Source of the DNA: Octopus vulgaris
Taxonomy: Eukaryota
DNA length: 64,000 bases
Assembly: GCA_951406725.2 (NCBI GenBank)
Contig: OX597818.1
Span: forward strand, 145,576,001 to 145,640,000
Direction: 5' to 3'
Under the pieces are notes generated by a model. That model did not search any database and was not told where the DNA came from. It saw only the letters and a list, made by a program, of their open reading frames with translations. The translations under genes were made by a program, and so were the position numbers. Of the stretch, positions 15,021-27,904 are shown in pieces; position 1 is the stretch's first letter; each line of letters opens with the position of its first letter.

Positions 15021-15078
15021 ATTCAAGATCCTGGATTTCTAGCTTTGCTTTAAATAAGCTTTGCCTCATCAGTTGAAT
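15021..15078 (-). ncRNA. Type I hammerhead ribozyme motif
   Basis: Minus strand: attcaa-CTGATGA-ggc..gcta-GAAA-tccagga-TC-ttgaat. 6-bp stem I, near-palindromic stem III, AUC site. One extra A at the base of stem II. Confidence 0.75.
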
Positions 15079-15355
15079 ATACCACCTAGGGACATAAATA
15101 CAAATATATATATGCAGAACAAACGTTATACTTACATATACGAACGTCCATGCAAACATATATATGCACAACACACATACATACATGTTTATGTTTATGT
15201 TTTCCAGTTTCAGCTCTTGAGCTGTGGCCATGCTGGGGCACCGCCATATATATATTTATATATTTATTTATTTACATACATATATATAAATATATGTTCA
15301 TACATGTATTTATATATGTACATAAATATATATTTACCTACATATTTGTGCATAC

Positions 15356-15397
<42 letters not shown>

Positions 15398-15770
15398 ACA
15401 AAATATATGTGCGTTTGTGTACATGTTAATTTCTACAAACTATAGCTCTTCGTGCCCGTACGCTTATTCGGTTCGGAAATTAATTTCTTGATTCGTCAAT
15501 TTTTTGTTTATTTTATGAGTACATAGGTATACTGTGCACAACAACAAAGACAATAACAAAATTACCAATTGCAATCAATATTTTGCTTCACCACATGTCT
15601 CACAGCTCTTAAATACCTCTTTATTTCTAAAATGGAAGAATAATGATCGATTGAGAAAAGAAATCAATCGATTAATGGTATTTGTTGTTATACCTATCCA
15701 TAACAAGCCCAGAAATTGATAGAGAGAAGTCGAAGCCTGAAGGATTAGCACACAAGAATGTGAAGTGTCG

Positions 15771-15815
<45 letters not shown>

Positions 15816-15902
15816 AGAATTTACGAAAAGAACAAAAGACGAAGACAGGTGGTGTAGAAAACAAACAGATGTATTAGTATCACGCTCGGGAATTGAAAAA
15901 GT

Positions 15903-15937
15903 CTTTTACGTTTCGAACCTACGCTCTTCCACAGAAG
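15903..15937 (-). ncRNA. Minimal hammerhead-like motif with variant core
   Basis: Minus strand: ctt-CTGTGGA-a-gagc-gtag-gttc-GAAA-cg-TA-aaag. The core deviates from CUGANGA at position 6. Confidence 0.5.
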
Positions 15938-16011
15938 GGAACACAGAAAGAAACAAGGAGAGAAACAAGGAGAGAAAAAAAAGTGTGTGTAGTGGCTACC
16001 GATCTATCATG

Positions 16012-16085
<74 letters not shown>

Positions 16086-16784
16086 TATGTATATATATGT
16101 ATATATGTATGTATACATGTTTATATATATATGTATGTATGTATATATGTATATGTATATATATGTCACATCCAAGAGTTAAAGAAGAAATCAGGAACGG
16201 TAACTGTTAAAATGAACAGGGCAAATAAAATTTAATGTTTGTGTTTACAAGGTTTCGTTTGATAGTTTTATGCTTGTTATAGCTCTTTACTATGACACAC
16301 TACACCTAGTAACTCGGTACTCTATCACACTATAGTGAGCGGAAGAGGGGGCGTGTTCAGATGTAGCATCACAAACAGCCTCATTGTGATTTCCGCTAGA
16401 AATGTTCTGCCAATTTTAGCTATGAATGAATGCATGTACACGTGTGTAAGTACTTATATAGATGACTTTCTTTCTCTCGCTTTCTCTCTCTTTCACTCTC
16501 TCTCGCTCTCGCTCTCGCTCTCTCTCTCTCTCTCCACACACGCACACAGACATAAATACTGTATGCGAGCAGGTATGCTTGGCTGCAGCTAAATAAAATA
16601 GATACATTCCAAAATACAATTCCTCAACTCATATGTGTATATATATATATGTGTATATGTATATGTGTGTATGTTTATGCGTGTATGTATACACCCACCC
16701 ATTCATACATACATACATACATACATACATACATACATACATACATACATACATACATACATACATACATACATACATACATAC

Positions 16785-17740
16785 TTGAGCAACATTCTTT
16801 GTCTGATAACCTAGAATACATGCCTAAAGAAGTCGCATGACTACCGCAAGGTATCATCAAATGAAAGGACGAACCTATATGAGCAGAAGAACATGCATGG
16901 ATATGTTATTAGAAAGCTCCGTGATGATAGTAACATCGATCATCAAAGCAGTTTCTCATGAACCAATTGCCAGATTACTACCTCCTACTTTGAAGGGTAT
17001 GCGTTTGCAATCCAGGAACAGGAAATATCAACCAAGTCCCTGATGCACAAAAGGGACAGAGATGCAGGAAAAGTAGTGAAATGTGACAACCGATGCAGAC
17101 TTTGTGGACTTCACGCTGAAGATATCACTCACATCAGAAGCAGTTGTCTGAAAATGTCATCACGGTATTATCTACCGATGAGACATGACGTTGTAGCTAG
17201 GACACCCTATAATGAAATCCGTCGGAAAGATAACCCCGAGGACAAAGAAATAAGAACCCACAGTATGTTAGAAGCCATAGCCACTCATAATAAAAAGGGG
17301 TCCTGGTGGAATGTCCAAGTGAAGACTTCAATAAAATGTCGGCACAACAGACCTGATATAATGATTTGGGATGGAGAAGAGAAACTGTGCACAGTTGTGG
17401 AAATTAGCTGCCCAGAGGATATTAACATAAAGCTGAAGATCAGTGAAAAAGAGAACATCTACGCTGAGCTATTGAGAAATGTACAGTTACTCTATCCAGA
17501 TAACAAGTTCTGGTTTATACCTGTAATTATTGGGCCCTGGTATATGTAACACATTGCCTAAACACCAATCTTGAGAAATTAGGTTTCTCAAAACCAGAAC
17601 GGAGAAAGCTAAGACTACAGATCAAATCCATCACTGGAACTAAATATCTGTAAAACTTACCAGAAGATAATCATTTAAATATATATGAACAGCTCTAGAT
17701 ATGCAACTTCGTATATGAGAATATATACATAAAGCAAAAC
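16785..17740 (+). mobile_element. 5'-truncated R4/Dong-type non-LTR retrotransposon (CCHC finger + REL endonuclease), inserted in (TACA)n
   Basis: ORF 17043-17549 has CRLCGLHAEDITHIRSSC, RHD, RPDIMIWD...VEISCP and K...Y. Frameshifted C-terminus, short 3' UTR, pure (ATAC)n on both sides. Confidence 0.85.
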
Positions 17741-19278
17741 ATACATACATACATACATACATACATACATACATACATACATACATACATACATACATAC
17801 GAATGTCGAATCACGTGCATAATCGTACATGAGTTCTTGAAACTAAGGCCATAGAAGCAATAAAATCACATGTTAGCATAAAACGACAAATTTGTAATAT
17901 CACTCATCGAAAATTATGTTTTGCAACTCCAATCGAATTCTTACTTTGGAAATGCCAGAAAGCATCTGCTAACAAGAAATATAGGCTACACTAATTCCAA
18001 ATCTAAAGAAATTAGATACACCATCGTCATCTGTAAATGAATGTTCTTTAAACACCTACTTCCTATGAGATCTGAAGTGGCAACCAGAGCAATTGGAAAT
18101 ACATTAAGAATATAAAAAACTAAGAATCGAAATGGACTAACGTCTAGATACCAGAGATACCAGTGAATCAAAGGAATAACAAACTTTAGCACAAACAATC
18201 TTTTATGGTTGTTAGAACCACAATATAAGAACATATTCTGTGTTGAAAATCAGTTGCCAATTTGAAGGCAGCACAAATACAAGAGAAATAGGACCTCTTT
18301 GAATGAATTATTAAGAGTTTGAAAATTCAGCTTCTTACCCTTTAATATTGGATCGATAGAATATGTACCAACCCATTGGGGACTAGGATCCTCGGAGAAA
18401 GAAAGAGCTTAGCGTCATAATTCGCTCTGAGCGATGATGATGATGATGAGAGTCAAAAGACGAAAATCTGGAAAAGCTTCTTAAACTTTAAAAGGTGACT
18501 GGTTCTACAAATGAAGATGAAGAGAACAAAAGCTGAACCAGCCTTTGGCATCTTTTCTTTACAACCTTCCCGCCGACTCCATGCCTCATCAGAATATATC
18601 TTTCTCGCTGAGTTTGAAACTCCACTCAGAAAAAACATACATATATACAAACATACCTGCGCACATTTTACATGTGCATGTACTTATGCAAGCATGCATG
18701 TATGTATGCACACATGTTTGTATATACATGTAATATATAAGTATACGTATATCTATGTATGTGTGTGCTCACATACATGTATATCTATATATATAAATAC
18801 ACACACATATATACATATATATATGAATATATATATATGTGTGTTTATGAATGTGTTTATGTATGGTCTTACGTACGTACATATGTACATGCACACATGC
18901 AGACATATATACAGAAACATAAGTAAGTAGAAGATAAGCAATTTGTCCTAAGATCCTCTCCATTCAAACAGTAATTAACTACAAGATATGCAATACAAAA
19001 TACGAGTACCTTTTCATATATAAACTAAGCTGCAGTCAACATGCAACGCAATGGCAACACAAACAAAGATATGTAAATGCACGAATACAATGTATGCTAA
19101 TATGCATTTGTATCTCTGTGTTTATACACATTTATATGCATACACACATACCTATATAAATGAGTATAAAAGTATGTATACCTATATGTATATATATGTA
19201 TACTTTCATTTATATATGTATACATATGCATAAATGAATATAGGGGTATATATGTATTTGTATATATGTAATACTTAC

Positions 19279-19322
<44 letters not shown>

Positions 19323-19434
19323 AGACGAGATTTGTTTCTAAAATTTTAGACCACCACAATAATAAGAAAAGAAAGCGTTTATTTTATATATATTGTATTT
19401 GCTTTTTATGATTAGATATACATACATACATACT

Positions 19435-19518
<84 letters not shown>

Positions 19519-20160
19519 TGTATGTATGTATGTATGTATCTATGTATATGAAATATACCTATGTTCAGACACCGTCATACATAACATATAAATATAAATA
19601 TATATATACATATAAATATATATATACATATATATACAGGCGTACAGCCCCTTACATGTCTGATCATATACTCATAAATTAATTGGTAGATTCTTATATA
19701 GTTCGCTTGGAGACAGCACATGTACGGATGTGCAGAATGCTCTTAATTCACGACAAAATATCCAGATTCACATTTGAATCCACAGACTTAAGTATGTGTG
19801 CGCACACACAAACACATATACAATCACGTATTCACACTCGTAGACATGTTGAAATAAGTATATGCATGTGACTGCATATTTAGTGATGTGTGTGTGTGTG
19901 TGTGTGGAGAGAGAGAGAGAGAGAGATAAATACATATACATTATGTATATACATATATATAAACGCATATACACACATATGTACATATATATGTTTGTAT
20001 GTATGTATACAAGCATATATACTCCTACATATATATATATCTTTGAGTCTGTATGTATATTACGCACACATTCATTCCCAACTATTGCACACCCACATAC
20101 TCTGTGTGTGTGTGTGTGTCTCTCTCTCTCCCTCGCACACACACTTACACACACACACAC

Positions 20161-20203
<43 letters not shown>

Positions 20204-20797
20204 CATTAGTCCATTATCCCAGAAATGGTGCTGTTGAGACGGAGCAAGATCTCGATGCGTATCGATGTGCTTAAGAGAAATAAAAGGATGCTTAGATAGG
20301 CAAAGGTTATAACCAACTCGTCACACAACCACCTTCATCCCATTTCTCTCTCTACTTTCGTTTTACTTATTTTTTTGTCTCTAATTTTTCCTTCCTTATT
20401 CTGTACGTATAGCATGAATTAGAGTTATAGACCTATCTTGTTATCCCTTCATCTGCTATCATTCAGTCAATACATAGGAACTCGCATGTGCGTGAATGCG
20501 TACTTGTATGAGTGTGCTTATGAAGGTATTGTGCATGCGTGTATACCATATACCATGTGTGTGTGTGTAGTTATTTATGCTTATATATGTGCGTATGTAT
20601 GTATAAATGAATATGCGTTTGCATGTTAGTAATAATCGTATTTTCTAAACATCTCCATCAATCTTGCACTTGAAAAACATATACACGGTTGAGTACAATT
20701 ACCCTTATGATTCCTACAGACCTATGCTCACTTGCACATCCGCCGTCTTTACCCCCCTCTCTCTCTCTCCCTCTCTCTCTCTCAATGTATACATATA

Positions 20798-20878
<81 letters not shown>

Positions 20879-20898
20879 ATATATATAGATATATACAC

Positions 20899-20978
<80 letters not shown>

Positions 20979-20980
20979 AT

Positions 20981-21169
20981 AAGTCTCTCAGCAAAATGTC
21001 TTTCTGCAGTGAATTTTTTACATCCAAAACATCTTTCAAAACATGTGTAGAAGAGTCAACATATGTATTGAAAATGAAGGATTATCCTTTTGTAGTCTTA
21101 TGCCATCTTATAAAATAAGTATTTTGCGATGAAATACTTACTGCGGAGAGACTTTTTGAACACCCTGTA
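20981..21169 (-). mobile_element. Tc1/mariner terminal fragment
   Basis: End ttttgaacaccctgta is the reverse complement of TA-CAGGGTGTTCAAAA, a Tc1-like TIR start. No partner end seen. Confidence 0.5.
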
Positions 21170-21175
21170 TATGTT

Positions 21176-21208
<33 letters not shown>

Positions 21209-23014
21209 ACATACATACATACATACATATATATATGTATGCATGCACATAAATACAGGCGCAGGCGCAAGAGAGAAACAGGCTGACTAAAAACTATCGT
21301 CTGCTCTACCAATCACCATTATCTGTTTCTATTTTTATGAATATAGATATTGCAGATCGTTGAAAAAGAAAGTATAGAACAGGACAGTGTCCTCATGTTT
21401 GTGTGTGTGTATGTATATATATTTTTATATATACATATACATACATGCATATATGTATATTTATATATGTGTGTGTATATGTATATATATATACACATAC
21501 ATACATGTATACACATATATATATATATCTGTGTGTGCCTCCATAACTGTATGCGTTACTGTATTTATAAATGTTTGCGACTGTTGGTATGATACATTAG
21601 CGTATTTATATACGTTTATTTGCAATCAATAAAGAAAAATGGAAGAAGGAAAGGAGCCATTTTATAGTTTGGTTGCTAAGAATACGCCTTGATCGAAATG
21701 TCGAGTCATTTGTATTCGCTAAGTCAATGCCACTTCAGATAGAGTCCTCCTCTTCGATGGTCTTTTTCAGTGCATGTATGATATGTAATGTTCCCTGCAA
21801 GGATTATTAAGCACACGTAGCACAAGTAGGATTTGCGGGAAACAGATGTTGAGAATCAGCTCACCAGGTGAGGTTTGGGAGACCCAGTAGCAGCTAGTAT
21901 GAATAAAACTTGTAAACTTGCAGCTGTTGATCTGTATTCTTTGCTTTTGCTATCAGAACTGGAACATTGTCCCGTCCACTGATGTAGCTGGATATCATCA
22001 TCAGAAAAACAAAATTTGTTTAAGAGCTCAGATCAAAAGTATGCATATTCTGTATGTTGTACGGAGAAGCGAAGATTTGCTTCTAGCAGTTAAGCATGTA
22101 TTTCCCATAGAGTGGTACTGTGACCAACTCGAAGAAAGAAGAATTATATGAAAGTTAAAATCTATTCTGTCTTCTCTTTAATACACCAGAGAAGGAGACA
22201 GAAAAATGATTGTTAATACTTGTGCCAGGTGAAATCTGGTATTTGTCAGTTTCATAACCTTTTCTTTAAGCCCTACCTGAGTACCAACCTGAAAAAACTC
22301 ACGTCAGTGCTTCCTTGTTATAAAGTAGTCAGTCATATCAGCACTGTCGTATATTATGAGATGCACGTGAACTGAGCTGCCAAGCATTAAATATCTTAGA
22401 TACTGTTCAGTGCTAGTCACAGACACGAACGATTGACACATCTTCTCCTAGCAAGACTATATAAATCTGACTGGTTTTGCATGTGTGTGTGTACATCAAG
22501 CCTGGGTAATCGGCTGAGATTTGGTTTTTGTAATCAGACAATTATAAAAAACAGCAGACTGGCCGTCAAAACTCTCAGCGTAAAAGAAGTGTTCATTTTC
22601 TCAAGTGACATTAGTTGTTCGGAGTTCTTGCATAAAAAGGTTAGAAATATGTTTTATACTTGTTCTTATAAAGTATGAACGAAAGTAAACAGATATAGAT
22701 ATTTATGTATTCTTCACAGACGAAGATATACGTACAGTTTTGTGTTCGTGGGTGAGTATACACAGTGATGCAAATACACACATAAACTTATGCATCACAT
22801 GTGTATGTATATAATATACATGTATGTAAACATATATGTATATGTGTGTATGTGTATGAGCGCGCGCGCGTGCGTGTGTATGTGTGTTTGTGTATATGTA
22901 TAAGCATAGGTATATATATATATATATATATATATTTATTTATATTATGTAAGTATGTATATATATATATATAGCCATATAAATATTCACACGCAAACTA
23001 TATATGTATGTATG

Positions 23015-23070
<56 letters not shown>

Positions 23071-23454
23071 CATACATACACATATACACATACACACACA
23101 TTTATGTATATATATATATATATATATATGTACACACATACATACATACATACATACATACATACATACATACATACATACATACATACATACATACATA
23201 CGTCTATTGTCTGAGTGTGTGTGTGAGTAAGAAGGAAAATACAAAGAAATAAAAGATTCTCTAAAATCCACGTTCTCGCCAAGAAGAAATGATGTTTTAC
23301 ATATCCTATCTTTTATTTTTGCGTTAGAAGTTTTGTATATGAAGATACGAAGTGTGTCCGAAATGATGAGCTATCATGCAACCAGACAAATCCTCATTGC
23401 TTGGATGCAGTTGATCACGACAAGGTGTTGAACTTTAGTTACCTAATCGATCAG

Positions 23455-23660
23455 GAGTGGCTGTATGTAACCGCCGGACCAGTTACAAATTACAGGCTTG
23501 CCCACGCAGTTAAGAAGTTTGTTTTGTACTATGTGCTCTTGAGTTCGACATCGCTGCGCGGCACCTTGCACAAGTGTCTTACTGCTATAGTTTCGTGTGG
23601 ACCACTATAGCTTGTGAGAGGAATTTGAGAGATGGAACTGTGTGGAAGTCGGTCTCACTC
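23455..23660 (+). mobile_element. Degenerate 5' part of SINE family B
   Basis: ggagtggctgt..., gagttcgac..., ggcaccttgcacaagtgtcttactgctatag. Confidence 0.6.
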
Positions 23661-23973
23661 ACATGCACACATGCACGGGTGTGTGTGTGTGTGCGTATAT
23701 AATGTGTGTCCCTATATGTGTTATATGTATATGTATATTTTGCAGGACAAGAACATAAATATCGACGGGAAAACCCAATAAACTGGTACTTTTGAATAAA
23801 AATATCCATTAAAATTTGTTCCTCTCACGGCACTCTTGCCGTTGTATATGCAATGAAGCAATGATGGATCTGCTCAAAACCTGTGATCAACGCCGCTTTT
23901 ATTCACAAAATGCGATATTATTAGAAGAAAATTATTGTTGCTGAAATCACACCTCATCGTCCTAAATGAAGAA

Positions 23974-24871
23974 TACTTGATTTGATCAATAAGTATCCGG
24001 ACTGCTGCTATATTAATGAACCTAAAGCAGGAAGAGTAAAACTACTTGGTGCATATTGACTTTGGACTTTGTTGTGCATGCGCACTAAGTTTTAACGTTT
24101 TATCTTTCTTTTACTGTTTACAGCAGTGCTGTGAAGGAAGGGGTGTAACATGTGGTCGTCACAATGACCATGACATAGAAAGCTGAGCAGATAATCTGCA
24201 TCAAATTTTGTCAAAAGCTTGTCGATACTTGCTCAAAATCCTACACAAAGTTTTCAAAAAGTTTTCATCGTTCTCGACACAATCAAGGAGGTCTTGTGCA
24301 ACTAAAACCCCGAATGTCTTTTTAGTCAGCCGAAAGCAGTTTGGCACAATCTTGGCAGACGTGTGTCTCATACCCAAATCTTCAGTGATAATGGACTGAA
24401 CTGAACCGTAACTAATCTGCACATTCTCTGATAACTCACGGATGGTGATTCGACGATTTCCTCTCTCAGCTGCATGCACATCTGCTATGTTTTTCTCAGT
24501 TCTGCTGGTTGTGGATCTCCCAGAATATTCATCAATATCGACATTTTCTCGGCCATCTTGGAAAGGTCTGAACGACTCGTACACTTGTTATCGGCTCATT
24601 CACCACTATCCATTCCCTTTCTGCAACTTTGCGTAGGCCTCTGAGCAGGTGTCGCCTTGTAAACTTTTTCTGTCATGGTCAATGCGACGATCATACGCGA
24701 CACACCTTTTTTCAAACACTGCTGTAAACAGCGGAAGTGAGTTAGAATTTTAAAACTTAGTGCGCATGCACAGCAGCGTTCAAGATCAACGTGTGCCAAG
24801 CGGCTTTACCCTGTGTGGTTTAGCTTGGTTACTATGGCAACAGTCCGGATACTTATTGATCAGGCTTCGTA
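23974..24871 (-). mobile_element. Non-autonomous mariner derivative (copy 1) with long inverted ends and an N-terminal transposase fragment
   Basis: TIRs tgatcaataagtatccggactg / cagtccggatacttattgatca. ORF 24201-24584 (FQDGRENVDIDEYSGR...RRITIRELS...IITEDLGMR) is the mariner HTH region. No DDD domain. Confidence 0.9.
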
Positions 24872-24898
24872 TATTGGGTAATATTCTAGATATCATCA

Positions 24899-26680
24899 TC
24901 ATTGTTCGACCGTGGTCGAGACAATGGAATTTACTATGTTACGCCAGACTTCACGGTCCATCATAGCATTACGGAGGTCCTGTTGCTGGATGCCTGTATC
25001 CCTGGAGATTACATCAGGGTAGGAGAGTGTGCGCCCTCTGGTATTGCGAGTAGATGGCTTCCAGAGGAGAAGAGTAGAAATTACTTCTTTTTCAGCTCTA
25101 CAACAATGTCCAGCAAACTGGACTCTCCTACCTTTCACAAGAGATGACACAGGTGGTAGTTTCCCATATATTTGCATTTTGGTTGGATGGCGCTTCCACG
25201 AGAGATTTTGAGCTCTCATAAGGAGGCGAGTGTAGGTTCCATCCAACCGCCTCTCAAGCTTCTTTGATAACGTCCAGGTTTCTGAGCCATATAGTAGAAT
25301 TGGTTCGACTGTGGCTTTGAAGATTTCAAGTTTGAAGTCTCTACTTAGATTTGATGACCAGATCTTATGCATGTCATTACAGGCTGACCAGGCCATACCC
25401 TTTCTAGTTAGAAAGTCTTTTCCAGATGATGATATGTATGACCCAAGATATTTATAATCAGAAACCATATTTAAAGGCGCACTGTTGAGAGTATGGATGA
25501 TGCAATCACTGTTGGACAGGCACTTGTTTATGTATTCAGTTTTGGCCTCATTGAGGTAAAGACCTACACAATTTGAGGCTTGTTCAAGAGATTGTAAAAG
25601 AGACTGGGCATTGGAGAGAGAATCACTGATAAGAGCGATGTCGTCAGCAAAGTCAGTGTCTGTCAAGTACTCAGCTGGGTGTCTGGAACTTCTTCTTGGT
25701 TTTATTTCAAAGCCCTTGCCAGAGATGGTATCAACTGACATACGTAGCACATAATCAACAACAATGATGAAAAGAAATGGGGCGAGTGTGTCTCCCTGCA
25801 GTATTCCGGCTTTGATTGAGAAAGATGATGTTTCTCCATCAGGGGTTAAGATGGTTGAAGACGTATCTGTGTAGAGGACCTTGATGGCAGAAATAATTTT
25901 GTCTGGTATCCCATAGAGCTTAAGGATTTCAAACATCTTGTACCTATCTACAGAATCGAACGCTTTAGAAAAGTCTACAAATACCATTGCAAGATCGCGA
26001 TTAAATGCTTTTGATTCTTCAATAAGTCTGCGCAGGCATAGTATCTGGCTCAGCGTTGAGCGCCCATGTCTGAATCCATTTTGGTTCTTTCGGAGCAAAG
26101 GTTCAACAAAAAGGACAAGACGATTTAGGATCAGTTTGTTGTACAGTTTTGCAGCAATTGACATTAGAGATATACCCCTGTAGTTGGTGACGAGGGATAA
26201 ATCGCCTTTTTTGGGTATTGGAATGATTTGAGATTGGTGCCAAATCTTTGGAGCGACAAAGGTGGAAAGTGTGTGGTTGCAGAGGTTGAGCAAAAGTGTG
26301 TGAAATCTATCATCCTTCCAAATTACAGCTGGGATGTTGTCGGGACCAAATGCTTTCGAGGCTTTTAGTTGCTTGGTGGCTGCTGTTAGTTCAAATATGG
26401 TAAAAGGGGAGGTGTTGATGTCCAGCGTGTCTGATATAGGCACACTTGGAAGAGTGGGGTTATCAGGGATTTTGGCATTCTTCCCAAGGAGGTTTTTAAA
26501 ATGGGTTGACCAATTTTCTAAACGCTTCTTAGCTGATCCCCCTTTAATTCTAATTGATGACCCAGAATTTTTGCCTGATAGGTCTTTGATGGATTTCCAG
26601 GCGAGATGGTGTTTTTTACTAATGTGCTCTTTCGATAGTTTACTAATTTTGCCATTGATAAATTCGACCTCGGCGTTCAA
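24899..26680 (-). CDS. LINE reverse transcriptase (RTE-type ORF, RT portion)
   Basis: Motifs PIPKKGD..NYRGISL, QNGFR, FVDFSKAFDSV, GILQGDTLAPFLF, FADD, YKYLGS and LLYGSETW. Confidence 0.95.
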   Translation of the reverse strand: MNAEVEFINGKISKLSKEHISKKHHLAWKSIKDLSGKNSGSSIRIKGGSAKKRLENWSTHFKNLLGKNAKIPDNPTLPSVPISDTLDINTSPFTIFELTAATKQLKASKAFGPDNIPAVIWKDDRFHTLLLNLCNHTLSTFVAPKIWHQSQIIPIPKKGDLSLVTNYRGISLMSIAAKLYNKLILNRLVLFVEPLLRKNQNGFRHGRSTLSQILCLRRLIEESKAFNRDLAMVFVDFSKAFDSVDRYKMFEILKLYGIPDKIISAIKVLYTDTSSTILTPDGETSSFSIKAGILQGDTLAPFLFIIVVDYVLRMSVDTISGKGFEIKPRRSSRHPAEYLTDTDFADDIALISDSLSNAQSLLQSLEQASNCVGLYLNEAKTEYINKCLSNSDCIIHTLNSAPLNMVSDYKYLGSYISSSGKDFLTRKGMAWSACNDMHKIWSSNLSRDFKLEIFKATVEPILLYGSETWTLSKKLERRLDGTYTRLLMRAQNLSWKRHPTKMQIYGKLPPVSSLVKGRRVQFAGHCCRAEKEVISTLLLWKPSTRNTRGRTLSYPDVISRDTGIQQQDLRNAMMDREVWRNIVNSIVSTTVEQ

Positions 26681-26769
26681 GTAAGCCTCATCAAGATTCT
26701 TCCTGGCAGCTATGAGTTGGATCTTCAGTGACTGGGATGGAGAACGGTGGTAAGCTAGTGATATAGACT

Positions 26770-27255
26770 TTAGATGGTTTCTGGCTTCGATGACATTTGG
26801 GGAATTAGAAGGTTTGCTCTGGCCCCTACTCTTCTTTTGGGAAGAGTAGCCAGTGCAACTTCCTCTGTTGATTTGATGAGGCTGCTGTATACTTCCTCAA
26901 TGTTCTCAGCATCTATTTCAGAAGTAGACAGAGATTGAAATGTGTTATAGACCTCAATAGTAAATTGTTTGGACATATCGGGGTTAGATAAGACTTCCTC
27001 CCAGTCGATCATTTTGATCGGGTGAGGCTTAGTTTTTTTGGATGAGCGAAGACTAAGCTTAACGGTAGCTGATACAATTCTGTGGTCAGAGCCGACAGAA
27101 CTAAAGGAAGAGTAGGATCTCGAGTCCTTAACGCTATTGCGCCATTTCTTTCGAAAGATGAGGTAGTCAATTTGTGCCCTATCACCAAGTGGGGACTCAA
27201 ATGTCCAAAGTTGACCTTTTGGTTTCATAAAAGAATTGTTGGAGGTGTAGAGATT
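26770..27255 (-). pseudogene. LINE apurinic-like endonuclease C-terminus, one frameshift upstream of RT
   Basis: WTF..QIDYL..SDHRIV motifs. The frame shifts near 26835 to join the RT frame. Confidence 0.9.
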
Positions 27256-27783
27256 AAAATAAAATAAAATATTCTAGATATACAGAAAGATGGATTGGTC
27301 GCAATTAGAACGCCTTTGATTATAAGCCTGTTTGATCAGGGCTGGTGTTTAGCAAAAACGACTATAACAGCTTTTTCTGCCCCACTGAAAGAATTCTAGG
27401 CAGTAGATACAATTTATACTACTACTACAAGCATCCAGTAATATACGTAACACTAGTTTGTTTTGTAAAAGTACAAGGTGATTTATTTTAAAACACATGG
27501 GAATACTTCGTGAGACTTATGCTTTTGCTATGAGTAGCCTTCGTGAAATAGAAGCCTTTTGAAGAAAATGAAGCATTATGTATTTTCAATTGCTTGGAGC
27601 TTAACTGGTACTCGATGACCCTCGTTGCATAAGCAGAGTAGTGGTTATTCTGTTTACCCCATCTTTATAGAAATGAAAATCCAATATGGGTTTTAAACTA
27701 AGACTGTAAGGAACTTAATAAAAAAACCATTACATACATCTTATCCGCTACACGTCCGTTCCTACTACTTTATTGTCCAACAG

Positions 27784-27904
27784 GATTTCAACATTTCCCA
27801 GGAAGATTGTTTGATTTTCCCACCTTTTGTACAGTTGTAGGAATGCCACCAGATAGTCAATGTCAGCAGCTCTTAGTAAATTTAATGCTGCAAATATGCG
27901 AAGA
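27784..27904 (+). CDS. Candidate internal coding exon with insulin-B-chain-like cysteine spacing
   Basis: Pyrimidine-rich acceptor ...ttattgtccaacAG and donor GA/GTGAGT. Only one frame is open: (G)FQHFPGRLFDFPTFCTVVGMPPDSQCQQLLVNLMLQICE. No partner exons confirmed. Confidence 0.3.

Larger units (their letters stand above)
24880..27281 (-). mobile_element. 5'-truncated RTE-type LINE with 14-bp TSD
   Basis: TSD aatattctagatat at 24880-24893 and 27268-27281. Short (TGA)n tail. Encodes the APE C-terminus plus RT. Confidence 0.95.

Noticed and set aside
18530-18597. CTGATGA with a ggcat/atgcc stem on the minus strand
   Set aside because: GAAA is replaced by AAAG and there is no stem I pairing.
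21650-22200. Possible decayed LINE fragment (LYG.SE-like remnant)
   Set aside because: Only one weak motif; it cannot be supported.
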